DNA of 64,000 nucleotides, taken from contig JAWKNJ010000028.1 of NCBI GenBank assembly GCA_041391765.1, positions 10,874-74,873 of the forward strand, written 5' to 3'. The stretch's first letter is position 1. Each line of letters begins with the position of its first letter. A program made the translations under genes and the position numbers. This stretch comes from Flavobacteriales bacterium. GTDB taxonomy: Bacteria > Bacteroidota > Bacteroidia > Flavobacteriales_G > Salibacteraceae. Below, piece by piece: positions 60,200 through 64,000 of this stretch. Under the pieces are notes generated by a model. It was not told the origin of the DNA. It saw only the letters and a list, made by a program, of their open reading frames with translations, and searched no databases.

Positions 60200-60580
60200 A
60201 TGAACATTCCAGCCGATCTAAAGTACACGAAGGACCATGAGTGGATTCGTGTTGAAGGAGATACCGCAGTTATTGGTGTAACAGATTATGCTCAAGGCGA
60301 GTTGGGCGATGTGGTGTATGTTGAAATTGAAACAGAGGGCGAAACGCTAGATCAAGAGGAGGTCTTTGGAACAGTGGAGGCCGTGAAAACTGTGTCTGAT
60401 CTTTTCATGCCGGTGAGTGGAGAAGTGATCGAAGTGAATTCTTCACTTGCTGATGCGCCTGATACCGTGAACAAGGACCCATATGGTGATGGCTGGATGA
60501 TCAAGATCAAATTGAGCGATGTCTCTCAGCTTGATTCTTTGATGTCAGCGGACGATTACAAGGCGGAAATCGGGGCCTAA
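60200..60580 (+). CDS. gcvH: Glycine cleavage system protein H
   Basis: Lipoyl-lysine motif TVEAVKTVSDLFMPVSGEV. 126 aa. Confidence 0.96.
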   Translation: MNIPADLKYTKDHEWIRVEGDTAVIGVTDYAQGELGDVVYVEIETEGETLDQEEVFGTVEAVKTVSDLFMPVSGEVIEVNSSLADAPDTVNKDPYGDGWMIKIKLSDVSQLDSLMSADDYKAEIGA

Positions 60581-60582
60581 TC

Positions 60583-60975
60583 GTGTTCTGGAAGCACAAT
60601 GCTTTAGGGGTTTCTTGGGCATTGCTTATCTTGGTTTTGTGTGGCCTACCAGGTGATCAATTTCAATCATCGCAACAACCGAACGTAGATAAGGTTATTC
60701 ACATAATCCTTTTCGGGGTTCTCTATGTGCTGGTGGTTGTGGGCTTTATTAAGCAGCGTGCATATCCGTATCTTAGAAAGAAAACTTTAACGAAGGTGTT
60801 TATTGCCACTGTGGTGTATGGGGTATTGATCGAAGTGCTTCAGGCCACCGTTTTTGTGGGGAGAAGTATCGAAATATTTGATATGGCTTTTAATGTGGTT
60901 GGCGCATTTGCGGGACTTGCTTTTGTACTATGGAATTTACAGTTATTGGTTCATATGGTAACGACCAAATTCTAA
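60583..60975 (+). CDS. VanZ-family membrane protein
   Basis: Four transmembrane segments and the DKVIHIILFGVL motif. GTG start 2 nt after the gcvH stop. Confidence 0.7.
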   Translation: MFWKHNALGVSWALLILVLCGLPGDQFQSSQQPNVDKVIHIILFGVLYVLVVVGFIKQRAYPYLRKKTLTKVFIATVVYGVLIEVLQATVFVGRSIEIFDMAFNVVGAFAGLAFVLWNLQLLVHMVTTKF

Positions 60976-61056
60976 ATCAAAGCAAAGAATTAACGGCATC
61001 AAAACGTGTATCAAAAATCTACTGACTATTTTGGTCGCCATAAAATCAACTAGAAT

Positions 61057-61731
61057 ATGGAGTTGAAGAAAAGCCACGAGGCTAATTTAGAGAACAAGAA
61101 GGGAGTTTATTTTTTGATTGGACTATTGCTTTCATTGGGTGTGGTGCTTATTGCATTTGAGTGGACACAATACGAAGGTGAAGTTGGATCTTTAGGTGAT
61201 CTTGACATTGTTCTAGAGGAAGAAGAGATGATTCCAATTACTCAGCAACAGCCACCACCACCGCCTCCTCCCCCCCCGCAAACTACGATCATCGAAATTG
61301 TAGAAGATGATGAGGAAATTGAGGAAGAATTGGAGATTGAAGACACGGAAATGGACGAGGATGAGGTCATCGAATTTGTCGATGTGCCTGAAGAAGTAGC
61401 CGAAGCTCCTCAAATTTTTCACATAGTAGAAGAGCAACCTGAGTTTCCGGGCGGACAAGCTGAGCTGATGAAATACTTAAGCCAAAACACCAAGTTTCCT
61501 CAAATTGCAAGAGATGCTGGGATCACGGGTGTTGTTTACGTACAGTTCGTGGTTCGTGAAGATGGAAAGGTAGATCCGGATGATATTCAGATTTTAAGAG
61601 GCGTTCACCCTGCCTTGGATAATGAGGCTATTCGTGTGGTGAAGAGTATGCCCGCATGGAAGCCCGGAAGACAAAGAGGTAAGGCGGTTTCCGTTTACTA
61701 CAAACTTCCTTTTAGGTTCAACCTGAAGTAA
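61057..61731 (+). CDS. TonB-family protein (energy transducer C-terminal domain)
   Basis: N-terminal anchor, a P10 run plus acidic linker, and C-terminal EEQPEFPGGQAELMKYL...GVVYVQFVVREDGKV. Confidence 0.8.
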   Translation: MELKKSHEANLENKKGVYFLIGLLLSLGVVLIAFEWTQYEGEVGSLGDLDIVLEEEEMIPITQQQPPPPPPPPPQTTIIEIVEDDEEIEEELEIEDTEMDEDEVIEFVDVPEEVAEAPQIFHIVEEQPEFPGGQAELMKYLSQNTKFPQIARDAGITGVVYVQFVVREDGKVDPDDIQILRGVHPALDNEAIRVVKSMPAWKPGRQRGKAVSVYYKLPFRFNLK

Positions 61732-61754
61732 GACATAAAATTCCGAATGGTGAT

Positions 61755-61784
61755 AAGGCCTTCTCGTTTTGGGAAGGCCTTTTT
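61755..61784 (+). terminator. Intrinsic terminator
   Basis: AAGGCCTTC-tcgttttgg-GAAGGCCTT (9-bp stem) running into TTTTT. Confidence 0.75.
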
Positions 61785-61882
61785 GTTGCCGTTAAGTTTC
61801 GCTTTCATGCCGTTTTCTAGTTAAGCTGCTATAGAAGCAATAGTCTGGCCGTAAACAAGGTTATACTCTAAACTCTGAAGCC

Positions 61883-62554
61883 ATGATAACAACTAGAAGT
61901 AAGACACCCGAGAAATTATTGATGGGGCTGGCCTTTGGCCTAGCTGCATCACTTTGCGCATTGGAATACGGCAAACCTCTTATTGCCCGACATGTGTATA
62001 CTGGAGCATTCGATGAGGATGAACTGTTTATTGCGGAGCTGCCACCCATAACATTTCCAAAGCCTCCGAATAGAGAACAGGCGATTGTGGAGAGGAAGCC
62101 AATTGTTACTGAAATGACCATTGTGGAGGAGCTGCCATTGGAAACTCCTGTTGACGAAATCGTTGAATTACCAGACTTTGAGTTCGATGATCAACTCTTT
62201 TTTGGAAGTGGCGAATTGGCAGAAACTCCAGAAATTGAGCTCAATATTCCCTTCGTTTTAGTTGAAAAGAAACCCGAGTTTGATGACTTAGAGGGATATT
62301 TAAGAAGGAACCTCTATTACCCGCAGCGAATGCTTGATTTGGGAAAAGAGGGAATAGTGGGGGTTCAATTTACCATTGGAGCCGATGGCAGTGTCATACC
62401 TGAATCAATTGAAATACTTCGGTCACCTCATAAAGATTTTGAAAAGGAGGTGGTGCGTGTGATCAAGAAAATGCCAAAGTGGACACCCGGTGAACAGCGC
62501 GGAAAGAAAGTGGCGGTAACCCACAGGCTTCCTATTCGCTTCTACATTCAATGA
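61883..62554 (+). CDS. Second TonB C-terminal-domain protein
   Basis: Membrane anchor LLMGLAFGLAASLCAL and C-terminal EKKPEFDDLEGYLRRNLYYPQRMLDLGKEGIVGVQFTIGADGSV. Confidence 0.7.
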   Translation: MITTRSKTPEKLLMGLAFGLAASLCALEYGKPLIARHVYTGAFDEDELFIAELPPITFPKPPNREQAIVERKPIVTEMTIVEELPLETPVDEIVELPDFEFDDQLFFGSGELAETPEIELNIPFVLVEKKPEFDDLEGYLRRNLYYPQRMLDLGKEGIVGVQFTIGADGSVIPESIEILRSPHKDFEKEVVRVIKKMPKWTPGEQRGKKVAVTHRLPIRFYIQ

Positions 62555-63832
62555 TCAGATGATCATTCCAGCACCCACCGTTTCATTGGTAGCCTCATCA
62601 ATCAGGATGAGGCTGCCGGTGTTACGATTTCGTTGATATCTATCAGAAAACAATGGAACAGTCGTTCGAATGCTAATGCGTGCTATGTCATTCATTTTGA
62701 TGTTTTTGTCATCTTCCAAACGATGAAGGGTGTTGATATCAACCTTGTATTTGATATCCTTGACAATACATCTTGCATCCCTTGAAGTGTGCTTGATGGC
62801 ATATTTGCCGTTCAGTTGCAATGGTCGTTGACTCATCCAGCAAATCATCATTTCCGTATCTTGTGATACGTTCGGCTGATTGTTAGTACGAACGATCATA
62901 TCACCGCGACTGACATCTACATCATCTTCCAATAAAATGGTGCAAGACATAGGTGGGAAGGCCTCTGTTATTTCTCCATCATAACTGTCAATTTTGGCAA
63001 TTTTAGAGGTGAACCCCGAAGGTAGAATCGTTACTTCATCACCCTTTTTCATCACACCGCCCGCCACGCGACCTGCATAGCCTCGATAGTCATGATATTC
63101 TGTGGTTTGAGGTCGAATCACATACTGAACCGGAAAACGAACGTCAACTAAGTTTTGATCGCTGGCAATGTGCACGGTTTCTAATGTGTAAAGCAATGTT
63201 GATCCATCATACCAAGCCATATTCTTAGATCGGTCAACAACATTGTCCCCTTTGAGCGCACTGATTGGAATATATCGAATATCTGAGATGTCAAGTTTAC
63301 TGGTGAAATCTTCAAGCGTGTCCTTTATCTCTTCGAATTTATCTTGCGAAAAGTCCACCAAATCCATCTTGTTGATGCAATAAACCACGTGCTTGATTCC
63401 CAAGAGCGAAGCAATGAAGCTGTGTCTACAGGTTTGTTCAACCATTCCGTGTCGAGCATCAACCAAGATGATCGCTAGGTTGGCCGTGCTTGCACCGGTT
63501 ACCATGTTTCTGGTGTACTGAATGTGTCCCGGAGTGTCAGCGATAATGAACTTGCGCTTTGGCGTGGCGAAGTAGCGATAGGCTACGTCAATCGTGATTC
63601 CTTGCTCACGCTCCGAACGCAGACCATCAGTAAGTAAGGCGAGATTAACTTCACCCTCACCGCCAATTCGTTTACTGGCCTTTTCAACGGCTTCCATTTG
63701 ATCCTGAAAGATTGCCTTGCTATCGTAAAGCAAACGACCGATTAGGGTGCTTTTTCCGTCATCAACGCTTCCCGCTGTGGTGAAGCGAAGAAGCTCCATG
63801 TCCAAATAACCTGCTGTGTTTATCGTGTTCAT
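62555..63832 (-). CDS. cysN: Sulfate adenylyltransferase subunit 1 (GTPase subunit, no fused APS kinase)
   Basis: GSVDDGKSTLIGRLL, DTPGHIQYTRNM, NKMDLV. Confidence 0.93.
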   Translation of the reverse strand: MNTINTAGYLDMELLRFTTAGSVDDGKSTLIGRLLYDSKAIFQDQMEAVEKASKRIGGEGEVNLALLTDGLRSEREQGITIDVAYRYFATPKRKFIIADTPGHIQYTRNMVTGASTANLAIILVDARHGMVEQTCRHSFIASLLGIKHVVYCINKMDLVDFSQDKFEEIKDTLEDFTSKLDISDIRYIPISALKGDNVVDRSKNMAWYDGSTLLYTLETVHIASDQNLVDVRFPVQYVIRPQTTEYHDYRGYAGRVAGGVMKKGDEVTILPSGFTSKIAKIDSYDGEITEAFPPMSCTILLEDDVDVSRGDMIVRTNNQPNVSQDTEMMICWMSQRPLQLNGKYAIKHTSRDARCIVKDIKYKVDINTLHRLEDDKNIKMNDIARISIRTTVPLFSDRYQRNRNTGSLILIDEATNETVGAGMII

Positions 63833-63847
63833 ACCTCAGTCGTCTCC

Positions 63848-64000
63848 TTAGAAATATCCTTGTTTTTTTCGATCTTCCATTGCTGCCTCCGAGCGCTTGT
63901 CATCCGCTCTTGTGCCTCGCTCCGTGGTTCTGGTTGCGGCCACTTCTTCAATGATTTTAGCGAGATCGTCTGCTGGAGACTCAACGGCTCCTGTACAGGT
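63848..64000 (-). CDS. cysD: Sulfate adenylyltransferase subunit 2, C-terminal 50 codons (gene runs off the right edge)
   Basis: Reverse complement ends ...DKRSEAAMEDRKKQGYF-TAA. The ...KK-QGYF C-terminus is characteristic of CysD, and cysN follows 15 nt downstream. Confidence 0.85.
   Translation of the reverse strand, partial: TCTGAVESPADDLAKIIEEVAATRTTERGTRADDKRSEAAMEDRKKQGYF

Noticed and set aside
1-64000. Search for mobile elements, prophage, CRISPR-Cas, restriction-modification, toxin-antitoxin or other known defence systems
   Set aside because: No transposase, integrase, Cas, methylase/endonuclease pair, reverse transcriptase or phage structural gene was recognisable in any frame. The YwqK-like name of the MORN-repeat protein reflects repeat similarity only, not a toxin-antitoxin locus.

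Overview
This is a densely coding chromosomal segment from a Bacteroidota, probably Flavobacteriia-like, genome. That placement rests on type IX secretion (T9SS) components, an alternative complex III (ACIII) operon and repeated TAnnTTTG promoter boxes. I found no rRNA, intact tRNA, CRISPR array, transposase or integrase. Housekeeping genes are metG, rimP-nusA-infB, rluB, ruvB, queG, cobB, maeB-ruvA, gcvH and cysN plus the 3' end of cysD. An 8-gene respiratory operon at 31.8-43.1 kb carries actABCDEF followed by aa3-type oxidase subunits II and I. The T9SS translocon gene sprA (2464 codons) is present, along with three genes ending in T9SS C-terminal sorting domains. Envelope genes include AsmA-like, DUF3078, DUF2279, SPOR, VanZ, two TonB C-terminal-domain proteins and a TlpA / beta-barrel / Omp28-like / porin operon. 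Six things deserve a second look. (1) Two XRE-regulator modules (1-962 and 15075-17996) each face a T9SS cargo gene, with a perfect 9+9 palindrome at nearly the same distance from a -7 promoter box. The second module is a visibly AT-rich islet encoding a Cys-rich protein and a T9SS cargo of unknown function. (2) A 3.5 kb LamG / PNGase-F-like T9SS cargo gene has about six frame changes packed into its first ~500 nt, while the remaining 1005 codons stay open. (3) An enoyl-CoA hydratase gene is split by a single in-frame TGA. (4) A tRNA-Lys-like 5' half lies in a 372-nt non-coding gap. (5) An intrinsic terminator sits between a promoter-like box and rimP-nusA-infB. (6) A tightly packed operon combines two CxxC thioredoxin-fold proteins with outer-membrane barrels, and I know of no assigned function for it. 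Nothing here matches a known defence or mobile system. Functional claims for the hypothetical genes are inference only. Several ORF-track starts are TTG or GTG extensions, and I moved them to downstream ATGs where a signal peptide or conserved N-terminus supported that.
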